48,015 nt of DNA from Nitrospirota bacterium (GCA_016217725.1 JACRHB010000081.1:1-48015), one strand, 5' to 3'; shown: positions 25,163-33,712, counted from the stretch's first letter. Numbers and translations are program-made. The notes: a model not told the origin generated them from the sequence alone.

Positions 25163-26092
25163 ATGAAAATCGCTTTCGTCTTCCCCGGACAAGGATCGCA
25201 GCATGTCGGCATGGGGAAGGATTTGTATGACAACCTGGAAGAAGTTAAAAAGATATACAAAGAAGCGTCGGATGCCCTTGGATACGATGTTGCAGACCTC
25301 AGCTTTAACGGGCCGGAAAGCGAGCTGAACAAGACCTTCAGGACCCAGCCGTGTCTCTTGACGGCAAGCTTTGCGGCATTCACGGTTCTTTCTTCAAAAG
25401 GCATAACCCCTTTCTGCGCTGCCGGACACAGTCTCGGAGAATATACCGCCGTGACTGCGGCAGGCGTCATTTTATTTACAGACGCGGTCAGGATCACCGA
25501 GAAAAGAGGAAGGTATATGCAGGAAGCGGTTCCGGAAGGAAAAGGATTGATGGCCGCCGTCATAGGTTTAGAGAGGGAAGCGATCATTGAAGTATGCAAG
25601 AATGTAAAAGCAGGATATGTTTCTCCCGCAAATTATAACTGTCCGGGTCAGATCGTCATTGCGGGTGAAAAGAGCGCCGTTGAAGAGGCGATTAAACTTG
25701 CTGAAGGCGCAGGGGCAAAGAGGGCGATACCGCTTGCCGTTTCCGCGCCTTCTCACTGCTCGCTCATGAAAGGCGCATCGGAAAGACTTGCGGAATTATT
25801 GAACGGCATTGAATTCCGACAGCCACAAATACCGGTCGTCAACAATGCCGACGCCTCTTTCCTGAACAACCCGCGCCAAATCAAGGAATCCCTGGTCCGC
25901 CAGCTTGATCAACCTCTACTATGGGAAGATTCGATAAAGGCAATGGTTGAAAACGGCGTCGATACCTTCATCGAAATCGGTCCTCGAAAAGTCCTCTCCG
26001 GTCTGATAAAAAGGATAGACGGCGGCGTGAAGCTCTTTAACGTCGAAGACACAAAGAGCCTTCATGAGACGATAAATTCCTTACTGCATTGA
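25163..26092 (+). CDS. fabD: Malonyl-CoA-ACP transacylase
   Basis: FPGQGSQ, GHSLGEYTA. Starts at the nucleotide after the etfA stop. Confidence 0.9.
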   Translation: MKIAFVFPGQGSQHVGMGKDLYDNLEEVKKIYKEASDALGYDVADLSFNGPESELNKTFRTQPCLLTASFAAFTVLSSKGITPFCAAGHSLGEYTAVTAAGVILFTDAVRITEKRGRYMQEAVPEGKGLMAAVIGLEREAIIEVCKNVKAGYVSPANYNCPGQIVIAGEKSAVEEAIKLAEGAGAKRAIPLAVSAPSHCSLMKGASERLAELLNGIEFRQPQIPVVNNADASFLNNPRQIKESLVRQLDQPLLWEDSIKAMVENGVDTFIEIGPRKVLSGLIKRIDGGVKLFNVEDTKSLHETINSLLH

Positions 26093-26097
26093 GCCTT

Positions 26098-27417
26098 TTA
26101 TTGATAAATAGGCAGATGCGAGATGCGGTCGTTGATCACGTTCACGATATTAACGTATTTGGGGTTTTCGACGTTTACGTAAATGCGCTCGAATTCGGTC
26201 TTGGTGAGATCCTCAGGAAGGTCGTTGATCGCGGGGAAGAACGTGTCTTCGCTGATCTCTCCGTCGAGCATGGATTGTATTTTCCGTGCGCCTCCCGTAC
26301 GGTCGGTTGCGACCTCGGCAAGGCGCATCCCTGAAAGGTCGGCGGCGAGATCAATGAAACTGAACCCGCTGCCGCCCCTGTTTGAGTCCAGCATCTCCTT
26401 GAATTCTCCGATCGCGTATGTAATGCCGCTGTCCGTAATTATTTTAAGCCCGGCGGAGATGACGAAGTGCAGCCTCAGGTCTTCCCGTCCGCCGAGAAGC
26501 GCTCTCCGTAATACCGTGCGGCGGTATTTCACACCCTCCGGGTGCACCGGACCTATAAACCTTTCGAACCCTCTGTCTCCGGCAAAGGTTGCGAGCGCAA
26601 GCAGAGCCGCCTTGTTTTCTTCCGCGGGCTCGCTCTCAAGCGAGCGCTGCCGCGCCAATTGAAATAAAGGGCCGATGAAATAGGCCAATGATACAGGCGG
26701 CCCGGACCGAACGCGGTCTTCAAGAGTTAATAATTCGGCATAATAAAGGCGTATGGCTTCCGGGTCGGAGAGGGGGGGGAAGAACTCACGAAGGGATTGA
26801 AAGCGCTTGACGATCTTCTCCCTGCGCTCAATGAGATCGGGGATCCGCTGCAGATTTAAAGTAACGGTGTCGCGTCTGAAATTAACGGATTGCACGGAGC
26901 CCGTCCATACGGTGCCGTTTTCATTGCCGAGAACGATGTCGAGAACCAGGCGAAACAGAAAAAGCGCGAGGCGGTCGGATATTTTAATTTTGCCGATGGC
27001 AACCTGTGACAAATGAAGTCCCGGGTCCGACGGGAAAACGCCGACGCGCACGTTTATGAAATCGCCGACGGGGTTGTGCGGCAAATGATAGGTCATCGCA
27101 GCATAAAGTCCCGACTGTGTAATGTTCACGCGGCCTTCCAGCCGCTTTATTCCACGCGCTGCAACGGCCATCAGGCTGTTGAGGTCCTCTTCGGAGGCCG
27201 AGATGGAGATGGAGGCATGATCCTGTCTTATGATCCCTCTCAGGGTTCTTTTTGCCAGGTTCTTTGCGAGCGCCGCCCTTTCGGTATTGATTATCTCCGT
27301 CTCTTGCACCGCCGGTTTTTTTTCAAGAATCAGCAGAAATAAAACGGACGGGACTACGACCATCAGGAGCAGAAGGAATAAAAATAAATTTCGGAATATT
27401 CTACTGCGCGATTTCAC
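26098..27417 (-). CDS. Membrane-anchored hypothetical protein (439 aa)
   Basis: Single N-terminal TM helix. No motif I recognise. Long uninterrupted ORF convergent with fabD and 4 nt from ilvE. Confidence 0.6.
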   Translation of the reverse strand: MKSRSRIFRNLFLFLLLLMVVVPSVLFLLILEKKPAVQETEIINTERAALAKNLAKRTLRGIIRQDHASISISASEEDLNSLMAVAARGIKRLEGRVNITQSGLYAAMTYHLPHNPVGDFINVRVGVFPSDPGLHLSQVAIGKIKISDRLALFLFRLVLDIVLGNENGTVWTGSVQSVNFRRDTVTLNLQRIPDLIERREKIVKRFQSLREFFPPLSDPEAIRLYYAELLTLEDRVRSGPPVSLAYFIGPLFQLARQRSLESEPAEENKAALLALATFAGDRGFERFIGPVHPEGVKYRRTVLRRALLGGREDLRLHFVISAGLKIITDSGITYAIGEFKEMLDSNRGGSGFSFIDLAADLSGMRLAEVATDRTGGARKIQSMLDGEISEDTFFPAINDLPEDLTKTEFERIYVNVENPKYVNIVNVINDRISHLPIYQ

Positions 27418-27421
27418 AACA

Positions 27422-28336
27422 TTAAATATACGTAAGCCAGGACTTGTAAGCCTTCACTTCTCCCTTTACGACCTTGAAGAAAAGGCTTTGCAGCTTTTTC
27501 GTCATCGGCCCGGGTTTGCCGCTGCCGATGCTCCTGCCGTCCACTTCCCTTACAGGCGTCACCTCGGCGGCAGTTCCCGTCAGGAACACCTCATCGGCGA
27601 TGTAAATCTCGTCTCTTGTAAAGTTTGTCTCCCTGCACACTGTCTTCAGTTTGGCGGCCATTTCAATAATGCTCCCGCGTGTAATGCCTTCAAGGATTGA
27701 CGGCAGCGGCGGCGTTATCAGCGCGCCGTTTCTCACAATGAATATATTCTGCCCCGTGCCCTCGGAAACAAATCCTGCCGTATCAAGCAAAAGCGCCTCT
27801 TCGTAACCGCAGGCCAGGGCTTCACGTTTGGCAAGGGTGGAATTCACATAGTCGCCGCACGTCTTGCTTTTTGTCATGCCTGAATTCGGGTGCTGCCTGG
27901 CAAAAGAGGATATCTTGGCCCTGATGCCGTTTTTAATGCCGTCTTCTCCAAGGTAGGCGCCCCACGGCCACACCGCAATTGCAGCCTTTATCGGGTTTTC
28001 TTTAGGATACAAACCCATTGCGCCGTAACCTATATAAACAAGCGGGCGTATATAGCATTCCTTCAGGCCGTTGATCTTAATAGTGTCGATAATCGCCCTG
28101 CTGATTTCTTTACGTGAAAACGGAGGGTCGATTTTCAATATATGACAGGAATGGAAAAGCCTGTCCACATGCTCTTTCAATCTGAAAACAGCGGAGCCGC
28201 TCTTGGTCTTATAGCATCTGATGCCTTCAAAGGCCCCCGTGCCGTAATGCAGCGTATGGGTCAGGATATGAACGTTGGCGTCGGCCCATTTAATAAATTT
28301 TCCGTCCATCCAGATAAATTTAGATTCGTTAAGCAT
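27422..28336 (-). CDS. ilvE: Branched-chain amino acid aminotransferase
   Basis: HTLHYGTGAFEGIRCY, EGTGQNIF, LTGTAAEVTPV. Confidence 0.9.
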   Translation of the reverse strand: MLNESKFIWMDGKFIKWADANVHILTHTLHYGTGAFEGIRCYKTKSGSAVFRLKEHVDRLFHSCHILKIDPPFSRKEISRAIIDTIKINGLKECYIRPLVYIGYGAMGLYPKENPIKAAIAVWPWGAYLGEDGIKNGIRAKISSFARQHPNSGMTKSKTCGDYVNSTLAKREALACGYEEALLLDTAGFVSEGTGQNIFIVRNGALITPPLPSILEGITRGSIIEMAAKLKTVCRETNFTRDEIYIADEVFLTGTAAEVTPVREVDGRSIGSGKPGPMTKKLQSLFFKVVKGEVKAYKSWLTYI

Positions 28337-28366
28337 CTTTCCTCCAGAGGTTGTAAGAGATAATTT

Positions 28367-28445
28367 AAAAATCCCCCTTAGTCCCCCTTTTTCAAAGGGG
28401 GAGACTCATTCCCCTCTTTGGTAAAGAGGGGCTAGGGGAGATTTT
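28367..28445. repeat. Three-stem element (outer AAAATCCCC/GGGGAGATTTT stem enclosing two CCCC(T)C..GAGGGG hairpins)
   Basis: Hairpins at 28382-28402 and 28411-28431. Confidence 0.75.
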
Positions 28446-28505
28446 ATAATTAGTTTGTTTTACAGTTTCAAAATTATACTGCTTTATATAAGAACTTCAC
28501 AACTG

Positions 28506-29159
28506 TCAGCAAGCTTCTTTTTCGTCCCATCCGTCCTTGCCGATAAGCGGGACAAAGACACAGGGAGTCGATACGGTCTTTTTCAATCCCGAAGGCGTCT
28601 TCTTGATCTGATAAAGCACCTGGGAAAATCTGCTCCCGACAGGGATCACAAGTCTGCCGTTTCCCTTGAGCTGTTCTGTGTATTGCTGAGGGAGATCCGG
28701 CGCACCTGCGGTGACAATAATGCCGTCATAAGGTGCATGCTCAGGCAGCCCCATGGTTCCGTCCGATACGGTCACATGCACGTTGGTGTAATTCAATTTG
28801 TTCAAGAGTATTTTTGCTTTTTCAGCAAGGGTCTTTATCCTTTCAACTGTGAAAACCTCTGAAGCGAGCATCGAAAGCACGGCAGTCTGATACCCTGAGC
28901 CGGAGCCTATCTCAAGGACCTTTTCATCCCCCTTCAATTCTAAAAGCTCGGTCATTAGAGCCACCATATACGGCTGTGAGATGGTCTGTCCCTCGCCGAT
29001 CGGGAGCGCGCAGTCGTCATACGCCTGATCCTGAAGACGCGCATCGACAAAAAGATGCCTCTGCACCTTTCCCATCGCGCCAAGCACCCGTTCATCCCTT
29101 ATGCCGCGCATCCGCAATTGATACTCGACCATCAGATGACGCTGTTTTTCGTATGCCAT
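28506..29159 (-). CDS. pcm: Protein-L-isoaspartate O-methyltransferase
   Basis: QTISQPYMVA, VLEIGSGSGYQTAVL, YDGIIVTAGAP. Confidence 0.9.
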   Translation of the reverse strand: MAYEKQRHLMVEYQLRMRGIRDERVLGAMGKVQRHLFVDARLQDQAYDDCALPIGEGQTISQPYMVALMTELLELKGDEKVLEIGSGSGYQTAVLSMLASEVFTVERIKTLAEKAKILLNKLNYTNVHVTVSDGTMGLPEHAPYDGIIVTAGAPDLPQQYTEQLKGNGRLVIPVGSRFSQVLYQIKKTPSGLKKTVSTPCVFVPLIGKDGWDEKEAC

Positions 29160-29164
29160 GTCTT

Positions 29165-29188
29165 AGCTATCAGCTATCAGCTATCAGC
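29165..29188. repeat. Tandem heptamer AGCTATC x3.4
   Basis: Read directly. Begins 6 nt upstream of the pcm start codon. Confidence 0.85.
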
Positions 29189-29204
29189 GATTTATTATAC
29201 TTCT

Positions 29205-29232
29205 GTAGGGGCGTATTGCAATACGCCCCTAC
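29205..29232. repeat. Perfect 28-bp palindrome GTAGGGGCGTATTGCAATACGCCCCTAC
   Basis: Self-complementary over its full length. Confidence 0.85.
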
Positions 29233-29237
29233 CCTAT

Positions 29238-29320
29238 GTCATTCCGGGCTTGACCCGGAATCTCGTAGGGGCAATTCATGAATTGCCCCTACACCGGATT
29301 CCCGCCTTCGCGGGAATGAC
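29238..29320. mobile_element. MITE/REP-like element, same family (copy 3) with a nested 28-bp palindrome
   Basis: GTCATTCCGGGCTTGACCCGGAATC ... GGATTCCCGCCTTCGCGGGAATGAC. Palindrome 29265-29292 sits in its centre. Confidence 0.65.
29265..29292. repeat. Perfect 28-bp palindrome GTAGGGGCAATTCATGAATTGCCCCTAC
   Basis: Self-complementary. Shares the GTAGGGGC...GCCCCTAC ends with 29205-29232. Confidence 0.85.
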
Positions 29321-29322
29321 AA

Positions 29323-29343
29323 ACTCTTAACTCTTAACTCTCC
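29323..29343. repeat. Tandem heptamer ACTCTTA x3 (reverse complement TAAGAGT)
   Basis: Covers the stop and the last codons of the FAD oxidoreductase gene. Confidence 0.85.
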
Positions 29344-30712
29344 TCAATATCTCCCTCGCTGCAATAATCCCCGACGCGGAGGCCTGAATTAATCCCCTGC
29401 TTACTCCGGCGCCGTCGCCGATTGCGAACAAATTTTCAATTTCCGTCTCAAGATTGCCGCTGAGCTTCAGTTGTCTTGAGTAAAATTTCACCTCTGCCCC
29501 ATATAACAGCGTATGCCGGCTGTAAACTCCCGGCGCGATCTTATCCATTGTCTTGAGCATTTCAAGGATGTCGGTGATGTAGCGATGGGGGAGCACAAAG
29601 CTGAGGTCTCCGGGAGCGGCGTCCTTAAGCGTCGGCTTAACGCGCCCCCTTGCAATCCTTGCGGTCGTTGATCTCCTGCCTGCCTGTAAATCTCCGAGTC
29701 TCTGGACAATGACGCCTTTGCCGAGGAGGTTCGCAAGCCTCGCAACGTATCGTCCGTATAGATGAGGCTCGTCAAAAGGCTCCGTGAAATGCGTGCTTAC
29801 CAGAAGCGCAAAATTAGTATTGGCCGTTTTTTTATCGGAATAGCTGTGACCGTTGACGATCCACACGCCTTTTACGTATTCTCTGACAATCTCTCCGTAA
29901 GGGTTTACGCAAAAAGTCCTGACCCTGTCATGAAATTTCCTTGAATAAAATATCAGCTTCGGCTCATAAACGACCTTTGTCAGGGGTTCAAGCACCGAAG
30001 CAGGCAGCTCAACCCTGACGCCTATGTCGACGGGGTTTTTCAAAAGTGAAAGCCCCAATATCTTGGCCTGTCTCTCAAGCCAGAGCGCGCCTTCCCGGCC
30101 CGGGGCGATAATCACGAAATCTCCATGAAAAGCTTCTCTGCCGAAGGTCTCAACGCCGGAGGCCTTCCCGTGGTCCGTTAAGATCGTCCTGACGTCTTTT
30201 GAGAACGCAATATCTATTTTTGAATTAAGGTCCGCCTTTAATTTTTTGAGAAGCTCGGGACAGCGGTCCGTTCCGATATGTCTTATCCGGGAGGGGATGA
30301 GGGTCAGCCCGTTTTCTTCGGACAGCTTCTTCAGCGCCTTGACTTTCTCTTCGTCGGCGCCGAAGACCTCGGACGGCGCGCCGTGTTTCACATAGATCTC
30401 ATCCGTATAATCGATAAGACCTTCAAGCCCGGATACATCCACGTAACGGGACAAGTTGCCCCCGATTTCACTTGATAAATTGAGCTTGCCGTCGCTGAAG
30501 GCGCCGGCTCCTCCCCAGCCGCATAAAAGACCGCAGTCGGTACACGTCATGCAAGGGACGTTTTCAGCGTTAGAAGGACAAACCCTTTCTTCGATGTCCC
30601 GGCCCTTTTCGACAAGCAGGATTTTAAGACCTTTGTTTGCAGACACAAGCTCAAGCGCCGCAAAAATGCCCGCAGGCCCCGCCCCGACTATTATCACGTC
30701 GTAGTGTTTCAT
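29327..30712 (-). CDS. FAD-dependent oxidoreductase (COG2509-like uncharacterised dehydrogenase)
   Basis: YDVIIVGAGPAGIFAA, CxxCxxC-like PCMTCTDCG, GWGGAGAFSDGKL, GDGAG. The last codons (VKS*) are encoded by a heptamer repeat. Confidence 0.75.
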   Translation of the reverse strand: MKHYDVIIVGAGPAGIFAALELVSANKGLKILLVEKGRDIEERVCPSNAENVPCMTCTDCGLLCGWGGAGAFSDGKLNLSSEIGGNLSRYVDVSGLEGLIDYTDEIYVKHGAPSEVFGADEEKVKALKKLSEENGLTLIPSRIRHIGTDRCPELLKKLKADLNSKIDIAFSKDVRTILTDHGKASGVETFGREAFHGDFVIIAPGREGALWLERQAKILGLSLLKNPVDIGVRVELPASVLEPLTKVVYEPKLIFYSRKFHDRVRTFCVNPYGEIVREYVKGVWIVNGHSYSDKKTANTNFALLVSTHFTEPFDEPHLYGRYVARLANLLGKGVIVQRLGDLQAGRRSTTARIARGRVKPTLKDAAPGDLSFVLPHRYITDILEMLKTMDKIAPGVYSRHTLLYGAEVKFYSRQLKLSGNLETEIENLFAIGDGAGVSRGLIQASASGIIAAREILRRVKS

Positions 30713-30715
30713 TGT

Positions 30716-30765
30716 TTTAGTTTTTAGTTGTTAGTTTTTAGTTGTTAGTCTAAAAACTAACAACT
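30716..30765. repeat. Family H hairpin, copy 2
   Basis: gttgttagttttta-gttgttagtc-taaaaactaacaac (14-bp stem). Lies between surE and the FAD oxidoreductase gene. Confidence 0.8.
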
Positions 30766-30770
30766 TTCTT

Positions 30771-31535
30771 TTAAATCCTCCACTTCTTCTTTATAAACTC
30801 CAGTGCGCTGTAATTAGTCAGGTCGAGATGCACGGGCGTTATGGAGATATACCCTTTCCGGATCGCTTCCAGGTCCGTATCCTCGCCGGCTTCCCACTGC
30901 GGCGCCCCGCCGCCTATCCAGTAATATTGTCTGCCTCTCGGATCCAACAATTCCTGAACGGCGTTTTCATAAACTCTCTTTCCCTGTTTTGTGAACTTTA
31001 CCCCTTTTATCTTTACGGTATTCGGGACATTAATATTTAACAACGTATCGTTAGGCAGTCTCTTATCAAGGACTTTCAAAACAAGCTTTTTCGCAAAATC
31101 CGCCGCCGTCTTGAATCTTGACGCGCGGCTGCGTAAATCACCGTCGCCGTTTTCCCTCACAAGAGAAACCGCAATCGACGGGATCCCGAGGAGCGTGCCT
31201 TCAATCGCAGCAGCAACCGTTCCCGAGTAAGTTATGTCGTCTCCGAGATTTGCGCCGTTGTTTATGCCGGAGATAATAATATCCGGCTTACAGGGAAGTA
31301 TCTTGCTTACGCCTACGATAATGCAATCGGTAGGGGTGCCGTTGATGAAATATGTATTGTTCCCGGCCCGGTCAAATTTTAAAGGTCTGTGAAGCGTTAG
31401 GGCATGCGCGACCGCGCTCTGCTCGGTTTCAGGGGCGATGACGTAAACTTCACCGGCGGATTTGAGAGTCTTTGCTAAAATCTTGATCCCCGGCGAAGAG
31501 ATACCGTCGTCATTTGTAATCAGGATAGAAGGCAC
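30771..31535 (-). CDS. surE: 5'/3'-nucleotidase SurE
   Basis: ILITNDDGISSPGI, GINNGANLG, YSGTVAAA. GTG start. Confidence 0.9.
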   Translation of the reverse strand: MPSILITNDDGISSPGIKILAKTLKSAGEVYVIAPETEQSAVAHALTLHRPLKFDRAGNNTYFINGTPTDCIIVGVSKILPCKPDIIISGINNGANLGDDITYSGTVAAAIEGTLLGIPSIAVSLVRENGDGDLRSRASRFKTAADFAKKLVLKVLDKRLPNDTLLNINVPNTVKIKGVKFTKQGKRVYENAVQELLDPRGRQYYWIGGGAPQWEAGEDTDLEAIRKGYISITPVHLDLTNYSALEFIKKKWRI

Positions 31536-31627
31536 GGTCTTATTTTAGCATTTTTATTTAATTGTTAGGCTGTAAATGATTAATACCGACGTTGTCACAC
31601 ATAACACACTTTTCGGTTACGGCTTCA

Positions 31628-31656
31628 TTGACAACCGTGTGGGGACATGTTATGCT
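31628..31656 (+). promoter_or_regulatory. Candidate promoter of the cold-shock gene
   Basis: TTGACA (31628-31633), 17-nt spacer, TGtTATGCT extended -10 (31648-31656). Leaves a ~110-nt 5'UTR. Confidence 0.5.
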
Positions 31657-31691
31657 TAATCCAGAATTTTGGAAGTTTTTGTCGTTTATGA

Positions 31692-31725
31692 GGCCACAAA
31701 GATTTTTAACTTTGCGGCCTTTTTT
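31692..31725 (+). promoter_or_regulatory. Terminator-like hairpin plus U-run inside the csp 5'UTR
   Basis: ggccacaaag / ctttgcggcc pair at 9 of 10 positions, loop atttttaa, followed by tttttt. Confidence 0.45.
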
Positions 31726-31775
31726 ATTGGTTAGACCTTCTGAGATTTTAATATATAGATAAGGAGGTAAAAGAA

Positions 31776-31976
31776 ATGAACCAGGGAACTGTAAAATGGT
31801 TTAACGACCAAAAAGGTTTTGGCTTTATTGCGTGTGAAGACGGAAGCGATGCTTTTGTTCATCATACGGCCATCCAGGGCAATGGATATAAATCCCTTGC
31901 CGAAGGTGACACGGTAAGCTTTGATACCGAGAGCGGCCCGAAAGGCCCCAGGGCTATCAATGTTGTCAAACTGTAA
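31776..31976 (+). CDS. cspA: Cold-shock protein (CspA family)
   Basis: [15 protein letters not shown] (RNP1) and DAFVHH (RNP2). AAGGAGG SD. Confidence 0.95.
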   Translation: MNQGTVKWFNDQKGFGFIACEDGSDAFVHHTAIQGNGYKSLAEGDTVSFDTESGPKGPRAINVVKL

Positions 31977-31991
31977 ATAGATAGACGGAGA

Positions 31992-32020
31992 AGGCTCCTT
32001 CCCGGGGGAGGGGCCTTTTT
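31992..32020 (+). terminator. Intrinsic terminator after cspA
   Basis: aggctccttcc-cgg-ggaggggcct forms an 11-bp stem (with G-U pairs), followed by T5. Confidence 0.7.
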
Positions 32021-32033
32021 GATTAGGAGGAAC

Positions 32034-32390
32034 ATGTTCAGCAGAAACAATCAGGCAAGGATAGAAAAAAAGCAGGAGAGGCTGGACGCAGGCTTTGTGT
32101 CCAAGCATTTCCCGGAGGTTGCAAGCATCGTTATCAGCATGATGTACAAACAGAAGGGGGCAAGATCTTTACTCCGGACCCTGAGTTTCTCTCCGGACAG
32201 TCATGCTTTTTTCAAGGTAGCTTGTTTGAGCGACGACTGTGTTGACGGCGGGTTTGATATGACACAGATTATAACCTCGATGATCAGAAACCACAGCGAA
32301 GCGTCAAAAGGAGAACTTGGTTGTGATGACAACGGTCCTCGCCCCGGGCACTCAAATATTGTCTATGAAGTGGCTATACAATACACATAG
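32034..32390 (+). CDS. Hypothetical Cys-containing protein (118 aa)
   Basis: AGGAGG at 32025-32030, ATG at 32034. Track start TTG 32019 lies in the terminator U-run. No recognisable family; contains CLSDDCVDGGFD. Confidence 0.45.
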   Translation: MFSRNNQARIEKKQERLDAGFVSKHFPEVASIVISMMYKQKGARSLLRTLSFSPDSHAFFKVACLSDDCVDGGFDMTQIITSMIRNHSEASKGELGCDDNGPRPGHSNIVYEVAIQYT

Positions 32391-32693
32391 AAAAAGCGCC
32401 ACAGCTCCAAAGTGCGGAAACCCGTAAGAGTGAAAGTTTTATAAAAATTCCACGGGGGGCAAAAGAATCGCCCGATTCAGGTAAAAACCGTCTGTCTGCA
32501 TCTCATAAATCCGTGTCCCATTCTATTCATCAACCATCCTTATAATTTTATAACCGAATTTTTATTGATTTTTATAAATAGAGTGCTTTAAAATAATCCG
32601 CCTGTTACAGAATAAAACGGGTATGCTTCAAAATGAAGCAGTTTTATCTTGTCAAATACTTCTAAGAAAAAATTCATCAAAAAGGAAGGACTG

Positions 32694-33674
32694 ATGATGC
32701 CAACCAAAACGTTGAAAATCTCAAAAACTTTTATCGCTCTAATAGCTGTTTTGATTTTAATGTCTGCAGCCGTGACCGTATTTGCTTCGCATGAAGCGGC
32801 GGAGGCCCCGCCCCCGCCGGTTTCCGATGTCGCATGGTGGGTCTGGCCGCTGACTCTTTTGATCGTTACATTCGTTCTCGGTATTCTTGCAGTTCTCGGC
32901 GGTGTAGGCGGCGGCGTTTTATTTGTTCCTATTGTCGGCGGCTTCTTCCCCTTCAATCTTGATTTTGTCAGAGGGGCGGGACTTCTTGTAGCGCTTGCCG
33001 GAGCGCTTGCGGCAGGCCCCGGGCTTCTGAAAAGAAATCTCGCAAGTCTCCGTCTGGCCTTGCCTGTAGCAATAATCGCTTCATCCGCCGCCATAGTAGG
33101 CGCGATGATCGGGCTTGCGCTTCCACAAAACGTCATACAAACAATGTTAGGCGCTACTATCCTCATGATAGTGGTTATCATGGCAACGGCAAAAAAATCG
33201 GATTTCCCGAATGTGCCGAAACCGGACGCCTTATCCCAGAGCCTTGCAATTACCGGGATATACAGAGAAGAATCCATCGGAAAGGACGTTGAGTGGCGCG
33301 TGCACAAGACGCCTCTGGGATTGGCTTTGTTTATTGTTATCGGCGTGATGGCAGGCATGTTCGGACTCGGCGCGGGATGGGCGAATGTCCCTGTTTTGAA
33401 CCTTCTTATGGGCGCTCCACTGAAGATCTCGGTTGCAACGAGCAAATTCCTTCTCTCAATCACTGATACCTCGGCAGCGTGGATTTATCTCAACGCCGGC
33501 GCGGTGCTGCCGATGATCGTTGTCCCGTCCATTGTCGGAATAATGTTCGGCTCTATCGTCGGGGTCAAAATACTCGCAAAGGCAAAACCAAAGGCGATCA
33601 AGTGGATGGTCATCGGCCTCCTGCTCTTTGCAGGCTTGAGGGCGCTTTTAAAGGGACTGGGAATATGGAAATAA
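32694..33674 (+). CDS. TauE/SafE (TSUP) family permease, second copy, with N-terminal extension
   Basis: LGGVGGGVLFVPIVG and a second-half motif. GGAAGGA SD before ATG 32694. Confidence 0.75.
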   Translation: MMPTKTLKISKTFIALIAVLILMSAAVTVFASHEAAEAPPPPVSDVAWWVWPLTLLIVTFVLGILAVLGGVGGGVLFVPIVGGFFPFNLDFVRGAGLLVALAGALAAGPGLLKRNLASLRLALPVAIIASSAAIVGAMIGLALPQNVIQTMLGATILMIVVIMATAKKSDFPNVPKPDALSQSLAITGIYREESIGKDVEWRVHKTPLGLALFIVIGVMAGMFGLGAGWANVPVLNLLMGAPLKISVATSKFLLSITDTSAAWIYLNAGAVLPMIVVPSIVGIMFGSIVGVKILAKAKPKAIKWMVIGLLLFAGLRALLKGLGIWK

Positions 33675-33712
33675 AAAGTAGCGCCCTCATTTATTGGGGG
33701 CGTAAATATATT

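Noticed and set aside
24223-25599. 186-aa and 170-aa minus-strand ORFs
   Set aside because: They are shadow ORFs opposite etfA and fabD, Ser/Pro/Ala-rich, with no motifs.
32588-33463. 291-aa minus-strand ORF
   Set aside because: It lies antisense to the well-supported TSUP permease gene. The translation is low-complexity Ala/Pro/Thr/Arg-rich with no motifs, typical of a shadow ORF.
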